A stretch of 64,000 bases of DNA. It comes from an uncultured Acidiferrobacteraceae bacterium (GTDB taxonomy: Bacteria; Pseudomonadota; Gammaproteobacteria; Acidiferrobacterales; SZUA-150). A program made the position numbers and the translations under genes. The notes beneath the pieces were generated by a model. It was not told the origin of the DNA. It searched no databases and saw only the letters and a list, made by a program, of their open reading frames with translations. Location: the NCBI GenBank assembly GCA_913009895.1, contig CAJVXY010000001.1, positions 58,469 to 122,468 on the forward strand, written 5' to 3'. The stretch's first letter is position 1, and each line of letters starts with the position of its first letter. This document shows positions 18,333-28,632 of the stretch, piece after piece.

Positions 18333-18536
18333 ATTGCCTGTTACCACTACCAAGTTATTAAAATGATATTGCTGAAACGATTATAACGGGACTACCGAGC
18401 CATAAAAACAATCTATTTTACTCGGGTATAATAATAGTTAACATTAACTTCTGCTCCTAACACCTTAAAAAATATTATTTTTTAATATAGGTAAAAACTA
18501 GGGTTATCCGACTATTCAAGCTTCAAATACCTATTT

Positions 18537-19196
18537 TTAAACGGGTTCTGGCATGATTTCGTGAAATCCTTTAATTGCATCAAATTTCCCGGATTTTTTT
18601 ATTTCAGCTTTTGAGTCCGGGCGCTGAATGCCAAGCAGGTAGGCAATGCCATATTCCTGTGCTGTCTTCAAAACCGGCAGGCTATCGTCTATTAACAAGG
18701 TTCGCGCCGGGTTAAAAGGGTTGCTCTGCTGGTATATTTGCCAAAATCCGGTGGTTTCCTTGGCCAGCCCAAAATCATGGGCACACGTGATTTTGTCTAT
18801 GTGGCCAGCCAAACGGGTTTTGTCCATTTTAAGTGCCAGGCTTTTTTGGTGGGCATTGGTGACCAGTATGGTTTTAATATGGCGACTTCGTAAGCGGTCA
18901 AGAAATTCGATCACATTGGGGTGCATGCATATTAAGTGATTTATCTCGGCTTTCAGGGCAGCGATATCCAGATCCAGTTCCCGTGACCAGTAATCAACAC
19001 AATACCAATCCAGCGAGCCTTCGGCTTTGCGATATTTTACCGACAATTGAGATTTGGCCATCTCAAGTGTGAGGCCGTTTTTTTCACCAAAACGTTTGGG
19101 CACATGCTCCTGCCAGAAATGATTGTCAAAGTGCAGGTCGAGCAGCGTGCCGTCCATATCCAGGAGTACAAGATCGATCAGGTTCCAGTTTATCAT
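18537..19196 (-). CDS. yrfG: HAD-family GMP/IMP nucleotidase (YrfG-like)
   Basis: 219 aa. LLDMDGTLLDLHFDNHFWQEHVP, LDWYCVDYWS, LVTNAH and LIDDS track E. coli YrfG closely. Confidence 0.75.
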   Translation of the reverse strand: MINWNLIDLVLLDMDGTLLDLHFDNHFWQEHVPKRFGEKNGLTLEMAKSQLSVKYRKAEGSLDWYCVDYWSRELDLDIAALKAEINHLICMHPNVIEFLDRLRSRHIKTILVTNAHQKSLALKMDKTRLAGHIDKITCAHDFGLAKETTGFWQIYQQSNPFNPARTLLIDDSLPVLKTAQEYGIAYLLGIQRPDSKAEIKKSGKFDAIKGFHEIMPEPV

Positions 19197-19384
19197 TGCT
19201 ATTTATACTCGGGATTATCCTGTAATTATATTTCTGTAAATTTTCACTGGCCAAGTATATCTCTTGCTGATTAACTATTCCCGCTTAACTGACCCCAGTT
19301 AATTTTTCAGGTGTGCTTCAATTCAGGACTGTATAAGCTTAGAATCTGTGCAGTTGATTTTATCCTGACCACAGAGAGAAGAAA

Positions 19385-20278
19385 ATGCATCGAATTATAT
19401 TAAAGTTATTTATATTAATAACCGTACTGGCGGTGAATCCTGTGCTGGCTGCACCGGTTATGGTTGAGCCAGAATGGCTCGACAAAAATTTGGGTAAAAA
19501 AGGTGTTGTCCTGTTAGACATGAGTAGTGAGGACACCCAGTATGAAAGATTCCATATTCCTGGCGCCTATTATTTTCCCTATCAAGTACTGGTAAAAATG
19601 GATAAGAAAAAAGGGTTTCCTGAGGCAGTGAGTGATCAGCGTATGGACAAAATTTTGAGTTATTTCGGAATTTCTGAAAATACGCAAGTTGTTATTTACG
19701 ATGATATGGGCGGGCTTAATGCCGGGCGTTTATTCTGGCAACTGGAGAGAATGGGCCATAAGCAGGTGTCGGTGCTAAATGGTGGCCTGGTTAAGTGGAT
19801 CCTCTCTGGCCGTAAAGTCACCAATGAAATTACGTCGCCGACCTCCGTTAAACATTTGCTAAAAGATACAACGGCCAGGCGGGAGAACCACGCAGATATT
19901 GAAGATGTCAGGGCTGCCAGTAAAGATTCATCGACAGTCATTCTGGATGTAAGGAGTGATGGTGAGTATTTGGGCGATAGTAAAAAGAAAAAGGGCGGCC
20001 ATGTTCCGGGTGCCAGGTGGTGGCCCTGGCAACAAGGGGTGGATTTTGAGAATGGTTTTGCCAGGGCAGACAAGAAAAGAATTGAGAAGTTATTACAAAA
20101 AGCGGGGATATCTAATAAACAAAAACCAGTGATTGTTTATTGTCGTTCGGGCCACCGCGCCAGCCAGACATATCTAACCCTGCGTAGTCTTGGGTACGAG
20201 AATGTAAAACTTTACGCAAATTCCATGAACGAATATGGTCGTTCAGGGTCAAAGCTGATACAAGGTAAAAAACCCTGA
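19385..20278 (+). CDS. Periplasmic tandem-rhodanese sulfurtransferase
   Basis: 297 aa. Signal peptide, two rhodanese domains and active-site loop CRSGHRAS. Confidence 0.8.
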   Translation: MHRIILKLFILITVLAVNPVLAAPVMVEPEWLDKNLGKKGVVLLDMSSEDTQYERFHIPGAYYFPYQVLVKMDKKKGFPEAVSDQRMDKILSYFGISENTQVVIYDDMGGLNAGRLFWQLERMGHKQVSVLNGGLVKWILSGRKVTNEITSPTSVKHLLKDTTARRENHADIEDVRAASKDSSTVILDVRSDGEYLGDSKKKKGGHVPGARWWPWQQGVDFENGFARADKKRIEKLLQKAGISNKQKPVIVYCRSGHRASQTYLTLRSLGYENVKLYANSMNEYGRSGSKLIQGKKP

Positions 20279-20286
20279 GGTCGCCT

Positions 20287-20724
20287 ATGACTAGCATACT
20301 GGAAACACAGTCTTCGACAAGTTTATTGCTGGATTCGGGTCTGCACAATATTAGTTTTGACAAGAAAATACTAAAGCTATCATTGAGTTCGCGCGCTGCC
20401 CGTGCCATGGCTGATCAGGGCCAGGATGGACCTGGACAGGAAGGACATATCGATGTTGAGCTTGAATTATACTTCAGTTGTTTAATCAGGAAACGGGTCA
20501 ATATCAGGCAGCAGCCACGGGCTGATGCAATTTTTAAAACTGCCGTTAATGATTTTTTAAGTATTAGTTTCCGGCCAGTTATGACCAAAGTTTGCCTGGT
20601 AAGTGATGCGGTAGGTGAGCCAGATATTGAGCCATTACCTATTGTAAAACCGGAACGTTTTACCCCTAACTGGTTGTCCCTTGATTATAAAAATGGTCAA
20701 TGGCAGGGAGAGTTTGGTTACTGA
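20287..20724 (+). CDS. Hypothetical protein co-transcribed with the sulfurtransferase
   Basis: 145-aa ORF starting 8 nt after the rhodanese stop. No family recognised. Confidence 0.4.
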   Translation: MTSILETQSSTSLLLDSGLHNISFDKKILKLSLSSRAARAMADQGQDGPGQEGHIDVELELYFSCLIRKRVNIRQQPRADAIFKTAVNDFLSISFRPVMTKVCLVSDAVGEPDIEPLPIVKPERFTPNWLSLDYKNGQWQGEFGY

Positions 20725-20781
20725 AGTAACATCGGTTGCTGAATTAGTAAATAAACTGCCTGGCGAAGCCCAGGTTCCGGC

Positions 20782-21123
20782 TCAGGAAAGTAACCAGGCC
20801 CGGGCCGCAGTGACATCATGAAAAATTTCAACCTCTGCATCTGTAAATGCACTGTTAATCCAGGCAAGCCATGATTGCCATTGGTCAGTAGTCACGGCAG
20901 CAATCCTGGCAAAATCGTGGGCATGACCTCGTATGAAGCGTATATCCTCCCAGACTACATCTACCGTAAAGCCAGACATCTGGGTCAGATCTATTAACAG
21001 ATTGATGCGCTTGTTTTTAATGCCATCAAGGATTGCTGATTCAAATTCAGTGTAATCTGCCAGCGTAAGCTCGCCCATAATTTCAACAGCCAATACATTG
21101 TTTTGCGCCGATATTGTCAGCAT
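20782..21123 (-). CDS. STAS/SpoIIAA-like domain protein
   Basis: ATG 21123 (MLTISAQNNVLAVEIMGELTLADY...) has a GGAGA RBS. The 57-codon upstream extension in the ORF track is unlikely to be real. Confidence 0.55.
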   Translation of the reverse strand: MLTISAQNNVLAVEIMGELTLADYTEFESAILDGIKNKRINLLIDLTQMSGFTVDVVWEDIRFIRGHAHDFARIAAVTTDQWQSWLAWINSAFTDAEVEIFHDVTAARAWLLS

Positions 21124-21294
21124 TATTGTCTCCTTATTCTTAATTCTCGAATTTTCATTTCCAAAATTTTGTTCAAAGAAGATATTTGTTTGTATATTTT
21201 CCCTGTTTACCGGGTTTAGTGACAAGACAAAATAATCTGTATCGTTAATAAATGTATAATAACAGGTATCGGGAATAATGAACCAAAATTTCAA

Positions 21295-22107
21295 ATGATC
21301 AAACTCGAACAGAAATTACTAAAACAGGTTACTGCTATTGCCCGTGAGGCGGGCAAGGCAATAATTGAGATCTATCATCAGGACTTTGAAGTTAAGAAAA
21401 AAGCGGATAATTCTCCTCTAACCCTGGCCGACCAGGCAGCCAATGACATAATCATTTCATCCTTGCATAAATTAACCCCGGGTATACCGATGTTATCCGA
21501 GGAATCGGATATGATTGATTATGCGCAACGTCAACACTGGCATGAATTTTGGTTAATTGATCCGCTGGACGGCACTAGAGAATTTGTTAAAAGAAATGGC
21601 GAGTTCACGGTCAACATTGCCTTGATTTCCAATTCCAAACCAGTGCTTGGCGTTGTTTATGCCCCGGTACCGGATATCATGTATTCGGCCATGAAGGGCG
21701 CAGGTGCTTATAAAGAAGAACCTGGTTCGGTATCAGGAATAAAAACTCTGAAATATGAGGGTGAGTCGGTGATAATTGCAGCCAGTCGGTCACATAGTGG
21801 CGATACCCTGGCACAGGGTATAGAAAGAATTAAAAGAGCAGAAGGCGAGGTGAAGATCCTGTGTATGGGCAGTTCGTTAAAATTATGTCTTGTAGCTGAG
21901 GGAAAAGCAGATATTTACCCGCGACTAGGCCCGACCAACGAGTGGGACACCGGCGCAGCACATGCAGTTGTTAATTGCGCAGGCGGAAAGGTTGTCGACC
22001 TGCAAGGTAATGAACTAGTTTATAACAAGGCCTCATTACTGAACCCAGAATTTATAGTACAAGGCGATATCAATTATTCATGGATTAAATATTTTCATGG
22101 GCAGTGA
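21295..22107 (+). CDS. cysQ: 3'(2'),5'-bisphosphate nucleotidase
   Basis: 270 aa. MLSEES, WLIDPLDGTREF and WDTGAAHAV inositol-monophosphatase/CysQ motifs. Confidence 0.85.
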   Translation: MIKLEQKLLKQVTAIAREAGKAIIEIYHQDFEVKKKADNSPLTLADQAANDIIISSLHKLTPGIPMLSEESDMIDYAQRQHWHEFWLIDPLDGTREFVKRNGEFTVNIALISNSKPVLGVVYAPVPDIMYSAMKGAGAYKEEPGSVSGIKTLKYEGESVIIAASRSHSGDTLAQGIERIKRAEGEVKILCMGSSLKLCLVAEGKADIYPRLGPTNEWDTGAAHAVVNCAGGKVVDLQGNELVYNKASLLNPEFIVQGDINYSWIKYFHGQ

Positions 22108-23548
22108 ACCTTTAAATACAAATAATCTTTATCTTGCGATTGATCAGGGTGGCCACTCAAGTCGTGCTATTGTTTTTAATACATTTGGAGAACAAATTGT
22201 CTTTGCCCGTCAATTGGTTGATGAGCAGAAAACAGGTTTGGATCGGGTAGAGCAGGATCCCGAGTTATTGCTTGGCTCAATTATTGAATCGGTTAAATCT
22301 GTGATTGAACAACTCGGAGAACGCTCCCGGCATATCGTTGCCGCTGGATTGGCAACCCAAAGATCAAGTATGGTTTGTTGGCATAAACAAACAGGTCAGG
22401 CGTTATATCCTGTTATTAGCTGGCAGGATAGACGGGCTGCAAAATTCCTGGAGAAACTTCAGGATCAGACGGAAATGATTCACAAAAAAACCGGCCTGTT
22501 TGTATCGCCACATTTTGGTGCCAGTAAAATGCGCTGGTGCCTGGATGAAGTACCAGCAGTTGCCGATGCTAATAAACAGGGTCAGCTTATCATGGGGCCG
22601 CTTGCCAGTTTCCTGATCTTTCGTTTGTTGGATGAAAAACCAGTACTGGCTGATCCAGCCAATGCCTCACGGACACAGCTTTGGAACCTGGCAGACAAAA
22701 ACTGGGATCCGGAGCTACTTGATATATTCGGGATACCAGAATCCTGTTTGCCAGATTGTGTGCCCACTCGCTATGCGTTTGGAACCTTAACTGTTAATGA
22801 CTTGCAAATACCGATGAGAATAGTTAATGGTGATCAGTCCGCCGCACTATTTTCCTATGGACCGTTACAGGCAGATAACGCTTACATAACAATTGGAACC
22901 GGCGCATTTATATCTCGTAGTTCAGGGCATTACGCGCCCTATGGTCGCCGTTTATTGGCCGGCATTGTAATGCAGGAACAGGATAAGAGTACTTATGTTC
23001 TGGAAGGCACGGTTAACGGTGCTGGCTCGGCACTTGACTGGATTAAATCAGAACTGAAACTGGAAGATTTTACGGATAAGCTACCTGGCTGGCTGGCTGC
23101 CTCAAACGACCCACCAATTTTTTTAAATGGCATTTCAGGGCTGGGCGCGCCTTACTGGATTGCTGACTTTGATAGTCGATTTATTGGCGAAGGGACAGAT
23201 CAGGAAAAAGTGGTGGCGGTGATTGAGAGTATTATTTTCCTGCTCGAGACAAATTTACGAGAGATGTTAAGCCTGGCTTCACCGCCATTACAAATTCAGA
23301 TATCCGGCGGTTATGCAAAACTTGATGGCCTGTGCCAGCGATTATCAGACCTGAGTGGGTTACCCGTCTATAGACCTGTAGAACAAGAAGCGACCGCACG
23401 TGGCACCGCATTTTTGTTAGTGCATGAAAAACACCACTGGCCAGAGGGAGAAATTGGCGTCTGGTTCAAGCCCAAAAAAAATGAAGCAATTAAAAAACGT
23501 TATGAAAAATGGGAATCTTGTTTACTGGCCGCAATAAGAAAACAATAA
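22097..23548 (+). CDS. FGGY-family carbohydrate (glycerol-type) kinase
   Basis: 483 aa. N-terminus LAIDQGGHSSRAIVF, ISWQDRR, GDQSAALF and ATARGTAFL blocks. Overlaps cysQ by 11 nt. Confidence 0.75.
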   Translation: MGSEPLNTNNLYLAIDQGGHSSRAIVFNTFGEQIVFARQLVDEQKTGLDRVEQDPELLLGSIIESVKSVIEQLGERSRHIVAAGLATQRSSMVCWHKQTGQALYPVISWQDRRAAKFLEKLQDQTEMIHKKTGLFVSPHFGASKMRWCLDEVPAVADANKQGQLIMGPLASFLIFRLLDEKPVLADPANASRTQLWNLADKNWDPELLDIFGIPESCLPDCVPTRYAFGTLTVNDLQIPMRIVNGDQSAALFSYGPLQADNAYITIGTGAFISRSSGHYAPYGRRLLAGIVMQEQDKSTYVLEGTVNGAGSALDWIKSELKLEDFTDKLPGWLAASNDPPIFLNGISGLGAPYWIADFDSRFIGEGTDQEKVVAVIESIIFLLETNLREMLSLASPPLQIQISGGYAKLDGLCQRLSDLSGLPVYRPVEQEATARGTAFLLVHEKHHWPEGEIGVWFKPKKNEAIKKRYEKWESCLLAAIRKQ

Positions 23549-23573
23549 AATAACAGCATGACAAGGCCTCGTA

Positions 23574-24758
23574 TTAATTATTTTTATCTGTCACCTGTGT
23601 GAGCAATAAGTCATCAGTTTCCTTACTATATTTATTTTTTGGTGCGGGTAGTAAATGTTTAATTTTTTTTATCATTTTTTCTGCGGTCGCACGATAACCG
23701 GTTAATTTACCGCCATAGATACTGAATAAATTGGGATGATTTTTATCCTGGTGAAACACAGTTTCACGCGGCCTGCTAAATGCACTGGATTTGCTGCGCG
23801 GTAAAACTCGCAAGCCGGCAAATCTTGCCACCTCTTCTGTCTGCCAGTTCGGGAAATAATGCCGGGTGATGCGCAGTAAATATTCTATTTCTTTTTCAGT
23901 TGGCCGCACATCTGCGGGGTTACCGGTGAAAAGTGATTCTGTTGTACCAATCAGTGTTTGGCCTTGCCATGGCATCATAAATATTGCACGTTTGTCTTCG
24001 GGCGCCTCTGTATAAAATACGCCCTTTGGTGCCGGTTGTTTGATAATTACGTGGGCACCTTGCACAAGATCCATTTCCCTTTTAACAGCGGCGGGCCTGA
24101 TTTTATCAAGCACGAGATTAACCCAGGGCCCAGCCGTGTTTATTAGTACGGTGGCCTGACAAATTATTTTTTCGTGATCCTGGGTGTAATGTATTTCGTA
24201 ACCCGATGGTGCTTTATCTGCGCCGTTAAATTCAGCCGGACAGGCAATATCAGCACCAAAATCGATGGCAGAGCTCATGACGGCCTCGGTGAGATTTTTA
24301 TCGTTAGTTTGCGCATCCCAGTATTGGAAGACATGTTTCAATCCCTTTATTTCCAGGCCGCTGAGTGATGGCCATTGTTTTTTTGGAACGAAATGGAAGC
24401 GAGTGTAGGCTGCAAATTTACCAAGCAAGGTATACAAAAGAAGACCAATTGCGATATAAAAAGCAGGACGGGATGTTTTTTTGTAAATCGGCAAATAGAA
24501 CTTAACTGGTTTGACCATGCCGGGCGCAATTTTTAACAAAATTGCACGTTCGCGTAATGATTCTTTGACCAGTTTTATTTGACCGGATTCCAGGTAGCGC
24601 AGACCGCCATGGATAAGTTTACTGGATTTACTTGATGTGCCGGCAGCGAGTTCAGTTTGCTCCAGTAGCAGGACGCTATAACCCTTGACGGCAGCAGCTT
24701 GTGCAATTCCAACGCCATGGATACCACCGCCAATGATGACGATGTCGTATTGTTTCAC
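23574..24758 (-). CDS. FAD-dependent glycerol-3-phosphate dehydrogenase (short GlpD-like)
   Basis: 394 aa. DIVIIGGGIHGVGIA dinucleotide fold and SSKSSKLIHGGLRYLE. Confidence 0.75.
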   Translation of the reverse strand: MKQYDIVIIGGGIHGVGIAQAAAVKGYSVLLLEQTELAAGTSSKSSKLIHGGLRYLESGQIKLVKESLRERAILLKIAPGMVKPVKFYLPIYKKTSRPAFYIAIGLLLYTLLGKFAAYTRFHFVPKKQWPSLSGLEIKGLKHVFQYWDAQTNDKNLTEAVMSSAIDFGADIACPAEFNGADKAPSGYEIHYTQDHEKIICQATVLINTAGPWVNLVLDKIRPAAVKREMDLVQGAHVIIKQPAPKGVFYTEAPEDKRAIFMMPWQGQTLIGTTESLFTGNPADVRPTEKEIEYLLRITRHYFPNWQTEEVARFAGLRVLPRSKSSAFSRPRETVFHQDKNHPNLFSIYGGKLTGYRATAEKMIKKIKHLLPAPKNKYSKETDDLLLTQVTDKNN

Positions 24759-25501
24759 ACCCTGTTTTGAGATTGTTTCATTTCCATGAGCATATCATCA
24801 ATGGTATTTGTTTCAATAAAATCTACACCACGTTTGATTAATTTATCTGCTGTGGTCACGTCATCTGCTGAAAAAATTACAAGTTTTTTGTCTGGCAAAC
24901 TCAATTTACCCCACCTGGGCAAACTATCTATGCCACAAAAAAGAAAATCAGGTTTTAGTTCCGTTAACTTGGCATTATTTCTGGCACTCCATTTATTAGT
25001 AACCCCACCAATGGCAGGGAAGCCATAATTTCTAACGGCCAGCAAAACAGGAATAGAATAAGAGATTATAATACACTGGTTGGTTACCGGGCGCAGCGAT
25101 CTTAAAATAGCAGCAACAACCGGTGTTATGCCAAAATGATGAATGCTAATTCTTTTAATTTCTATGAAGGCTTTAACGTCGGGGTGTTGCTCCAGTAGTT
25201 TTACAAAATCATCCAGTGTCGGGATAGGTGTTTGGGCAAATTTATAGCCAAATTGATCAAAATCCATGGCCTGAACATTCTCGAGTTCGGCGAGCGTACG
25301 CATGTGGATCGCACCTTCGGTATTACACAGGCGTTTAAAATCCCGATCGTGAAACAATACCGGTATCTGGTCACTGGTTAACTGGATGTCTGTTTCCAGG
25401 TATTTGGCACCAGCAGCAATCGCGGCTTTGTAACCGATCAGGGTATTTTCAGGATATTTATTTGGCAGGCCACGATGGGCAATCAGGCATGGTTTCGACA
25501 T
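24755..25501 (-). CDS. ugpQ: Glycerophosphodiester phosphodiesterase
   Basis: 248 aa. IAHRGLPNKYPENT, ETDIQLTSDQIPVLFHD. Overlaps the glpD-like start by 4 nt. Confidence 0.8.
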   Translation of the reverse strand: MSKPCLIAHRGLPNKYPENTLIGYKAAIAAGAKYLETDIQLTSDQIPVLFHDRDFKRLCNTEGAIHMRTLAELENVQAMDFDQFGYKFAQTPIPTLDDFVKLLEQHPDVKAFIEIKRISIHHFGITPVVAAILRSLRPVTNQCIIISYSIPVLLAVRNYGFPAIGGVTNKWSARNNAKLTELKPDFLFCGIDSLPRWGKLSLPDKKLVIFSADDVTTADKLIKRGVDFIETNTIDDMLMEMKQSQNRV

Positions 25502-25691
25502 GTTTACAGCGTAGCATTTCCATTCTGAAATGCGATGATTTTTGTAATTAATCCTAATCAGGCATAACCTGGTCGTCAGCCGGCTTTTTCAGCATTTCCA
25601 CCAGGTTCGATTAGCGCATTTAACATCGTTATCAGGCAAGAAAGCGGGATTTTCAGGCCTCCCGGTATAATTTGGCACGGTTATATATAAT

Positions 25692-26432
25692 TTAAATCCA
25701 CAAGAGTTCGATCAATAAAACAGTTTCGAGTAACTCGATCTGGGCGCCAATGGTATCACCGGTAATTCCACCCAGAATCGACCTCATCCATACCCTGAAT
25801 AAAAATAATCCAATCGCGCCGGTAATTAACATGATCAGCCCCTGCGTGCCCAACAGGAATACAATTGCGATAACAATTGTTCCCAGGGAAGTAACCAAAA
25901 CCGGTAGCGATATTTTTTTAGCCAGGTTCGCACCGAGTCCGTTGGCACGCGCATAAGACGTAGTTGTTATTAGAACAACTGCATAAGTCCTGCTAATCAC
26001 CGGAATAAATAATAGTGGTAGCCACATCTGGTGTGCGAGTATATAGGTAAGGCTTGCCCACTTGAGCAACAAGACACATACAACGGCCACGATTGCCATA
26101 ACACCACTTCGTGAGTCTTTCATAATAGAAAGTGTTTTTTCACGATCCCGAAAACCGCCGACCAGGCCATCGGCAAGATCTGCCAGGCCATCAAGATGCA
26201 GGGCACCCGTTACCATTGCCCAAAGCACTACAATTAATGCCGCTGCAACATTTAATGAATCTTCAGCAACTATCATTGCAGGCACCAATAAAGTAGCGCC
26301 GACAAAAAATCCTATCCAGGGATACCAGTAAAGGGATGCCCGGGAATCTTTTTCATTGTAGTGCGATGTATCGGGAACAGGGAATACTGTTAAAAATTGC
26401 AATGCCAGCAAAAAACTTTTTACAATATGCAT
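25692..26432 (-). CDS. cobS: Adenosylcobinamide-GDP ribazoletransferase (cobalamin synthase)
   Basis: 246 aa, polytopic membrane protein. LQFLTVFPV and HLDGLADLADGL motifs. Last gene of the B12 operon. Confidence 0.85.
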   Translation of the reverse strand: MHIVKSFLLALQFLTVFPVPDTSHYNEKDSRASLYWYPWIGFFVGATLLVPAMIVAEDSLNVAAALIVVLWAMVTGALHLDGLADLADGLVGGFRDREKTLSIMKDSRSGVMAIVAVVCVLLLKWASLTYILAHQMWLPLLFIPVISRTYAVVLITTTSYARANGLGANLAKKISLPVLVTSLGTIVIAIVFLLGTQGLIMLITGAIGLFLFRVWMRSILGGITGDTIGAQIELLETVLLIELLWI

Positions 26433-27025
26433 TAGCTGACCTGTACTGCTTTGTTGGTACTGATGTAGTTTCCGGGGTGAAGCTGAACCAGCTGACCATG
26501 CGTTACCTGGATGTTCAAGAGTTCCGTTTTATTTCTCTCTCCGGTCTCGCTTAACAATATTCTCATGGGTCCACCATGCGTAATAACCAGCACGTTTTTA
26601 TTTTGTGCGGTTTTATGTATTGACTGCCAGCACTGCATTACCCGTTGCCTTAATTGGGACAGCTTCTCACCTTGTGGTGGTGTATTGTTTTCAGGATCAC
26701 TCCAAAAGGCGGTCAGTAATTCTTTATTTTCAACAAATAATTCCTGTGCTGTTTTTCCTTCCCATAATCCAAAATGTAATTCTTTTAATCGATCATCTAC
26801 TTTTAATGTTGCACCTGTACGATCAGCATAATCTTTGGCAAATGCAAAACAGCGCTGCAAAGGTGAGGAGAAAATACAATGCCACTTGGTTTTATTATGT
26901 TGTGGATCTGCTAAAGATGTTTCCATTTGTGCCCAGCCTTTGTTTGTCAGGGCATCATCCAGGCTGCCACGGTAACAATGGCCCATGGTGGTTTCGCCAT
27001 GCCTGAGAAGCGCGATGTGGCGCAT
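26432..27025 (-). CDS. cobC: Alpha-ribazole phosphatase (histidine phosphatase family)
   Basis: Start taken at ATG 27025 (MRHIALLRHGETT, RHG catalytic motif). The ORF-track extension to 27139 would overlap cobT. Confidence 0.75.
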   Translation of the reverse strand: MRHIALLRHGETTMGHCYRGSLDDALTNKGWAQMETSLADPQHNKTKWHCIFSSPLQRCFAFAKDYADRTGATLKVDDRLKELHFGLWEGKTAQELFVENKELLTAFWSDPENNTPPQGEKLSQLRQRVMQCWQSIHKTAQNKNVLVITHGGPMRILLSETGERNKTELLNIQVTHGQLVQLHPGNYISTNKAVQVS

Positions 27026-27032
27026 GGGGGTG

Positions 27033-28091
27033 CTAACTTTTTTCCGACACACTGGCTTGTTCAAAGGTAGCCATTTGACTATGCAGATCACAGGCCATGC
27101 GTAAAATTGGTACTGCCATTGCAGCACCACTACCTTCACCCAGGCGCATGCCCAAACTCAGTACCGGCCGTGCATCCAGTGCTGCAAGAATTTTTTGGTG
27201 GCCGGGTTCAGCTGACTGGTGAGAATAAATTAACCATTGACTAACATCGGCATTTAAACGCACTGCACATAAGGCCGCCACACTGCATATAAAACCATCT
27301 ACCAGTGCGGCTAGTCCGCGCTGGGCACAGCTTATATATGCCCCCGTCAGCGCAGCAATCTCGAGGCCACCAACACCCTGTAATACCTGAAGCGGGTTTT
27401 GTTTATTGTTGTGGTGCAACTTTATTGCCGCATCAACCAGTGATGTTTTATAAGATACGCCCTTATCATCCAGGCCCGTGCCCGGGCCGACAATTTCTTT
27501 TGCCGGTAAATCAAGCAAGAGGCAGGCCACGGCAGATGCAGAAGTTGTATTGCCTATGCCCATTTCACCACCAATAAACAATTGGGCACCTTTTTCAACG
27601 GCGCGCTCAACCGCTTGTTTACCAATAGCCATTGCTTTGGCCAAATGTTCTTCATCCATGGCCGGACCATGCTGAAAATTACTGGTACCCGCAGCCACCC
27701 TCATTTTAAGAACCCCGGGCAACTCATCATGATCTGTTACTGTACCCACATTAATTACTTCCAGGGACGCATCCAGGGATCGCGCCAGTACATTAATTGC
27801 AGCACCACCAGCGGAAAAATTTTTTACCATTTCCAGGGTCACTGCCTGGGGAAATGCAGAAACCCCCGCTTCAGCGACACCGTGGTCTGATGCGAAGACG
27901 GTAATGTTTACCTGTTCCAGTGTCGGGCAGGTCTGTGCCTGCAGACTTGCCAGCTGTATGGCCAATTGTTCCAGTTGACCCAGGGCACCCGGTGGTTTGG
28001 TGAGGCAGGCTTGCCTGTTGGTTGCCGCCTTGAGAGCGGCACTATCAACAGACGCGACTGGATCTGTAATCCAGTTAAGATCGGAGTTCAT
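27033..28091 (-). CDS. cobT: Nicotinate-nucleotide--dimethylbenzimidazole phosphoribosyltransferase
   Basis: 352 aa. KPPGALGQLE, VFASDHGV and GEMGIGNTT blocks. Confidence 0.9.
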   Translation of the reverse strand: MNSDLNWITDPVASVDSAALKAATNRQACLTKPPGALGQLEQLAIQLASLQAQTCPTLEQVNITVFASDHGVAEAGVSAFPQAVTLEMVKNFSAGGAAINVLARSLDASLEVINVGTVTDHDELPGVLKMRVAAGTSNFQHGPAMDEEHLAKAMAIGKQAVERAVEKGAQLFIGGEMGIGNTTSASAVACLLLDLPAKEIVGPGTGLDDKGVSYKTSLVDAAIKLHHNNKQNPLQVLQGVGGLEIAALTGAYISCAQRGLAALVDGFICSVAALCAVRLNADVSQWLIYSHQSAEPGHQKILAALDARPVLSLGMRLGEGSGAAMAVPILRMACDLHSQMATFEQASVSEKS

Positions 28092-28104
28092 GATAAATTA
28101 TCCT

Positions 28105-28632
28105 TTACGATTCTTTAATTATTAACGGCAACCCCGCAATTGTCAGGGTCACGCGCTGACAAGACTTTGCCAGTGATTGATGTAATTGTCCGGCTTCATC
28201 GCAATAGCGACGGGCCAGGGCATTATCAGGAATAATGCCGCTCCCGGTTTCGTTGCCCACAAAAATAATGTGTCCCGGTAAATTTTCCAGGCATTCAAGC
28301 AGCGCCTGCACTTGTTCTTCTAATAAATTTTGATCCTGATGCATCAAGAGGTTGCTTAACCAAAGGGTCAAACATTCTACTAAAACAACCTGACCAGGCT
28401 TGCTGTGGTTTTTGAGCGTGTCCGCCAGGGCCAGGGGCTCTTCCACCAACAACCACTCGGGCGGGCGGTTGGCCTGGTGTTGCCGGATTCTTTTTTTCAT
28501 TTCTTCATCGCTTTTTTCTACATTGGCGGTCGCTGTTGCCAGGTAGGTCACGGCACCCCCCAGTTTTATGGCACGTTCCTGGGCCAAACGACTTTTCCCG
28601 GAACGTACTCCCCCCAGGATAAGCTCAAACAT
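28105..28632 (-). CDS. cobU: Adenosylcobinamide kinase / adenosylcobinamide-phosphate guanylyltransferase
   Basis: [15 protein letters not shown]-loop. ATG 28632 overlaps the cobQ stop (ATGTTTGA). Confidence 0.85.
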   Translation of the reverse strand: MFELILGGVRSGKSRLAQERAIKLGGAVTYLATATANVEKSDEEMKKRIRQHQANRPPEWLLVEEPLALADTLKNHSKPGQVVLVECLTLWLSNLLMHQDQNLLEEQVQALLECLENLPGHIIFVGNETGSGIIPDNALARRYCDEAGQLHQSLAKSCQRVTLTIAGLPLIIKES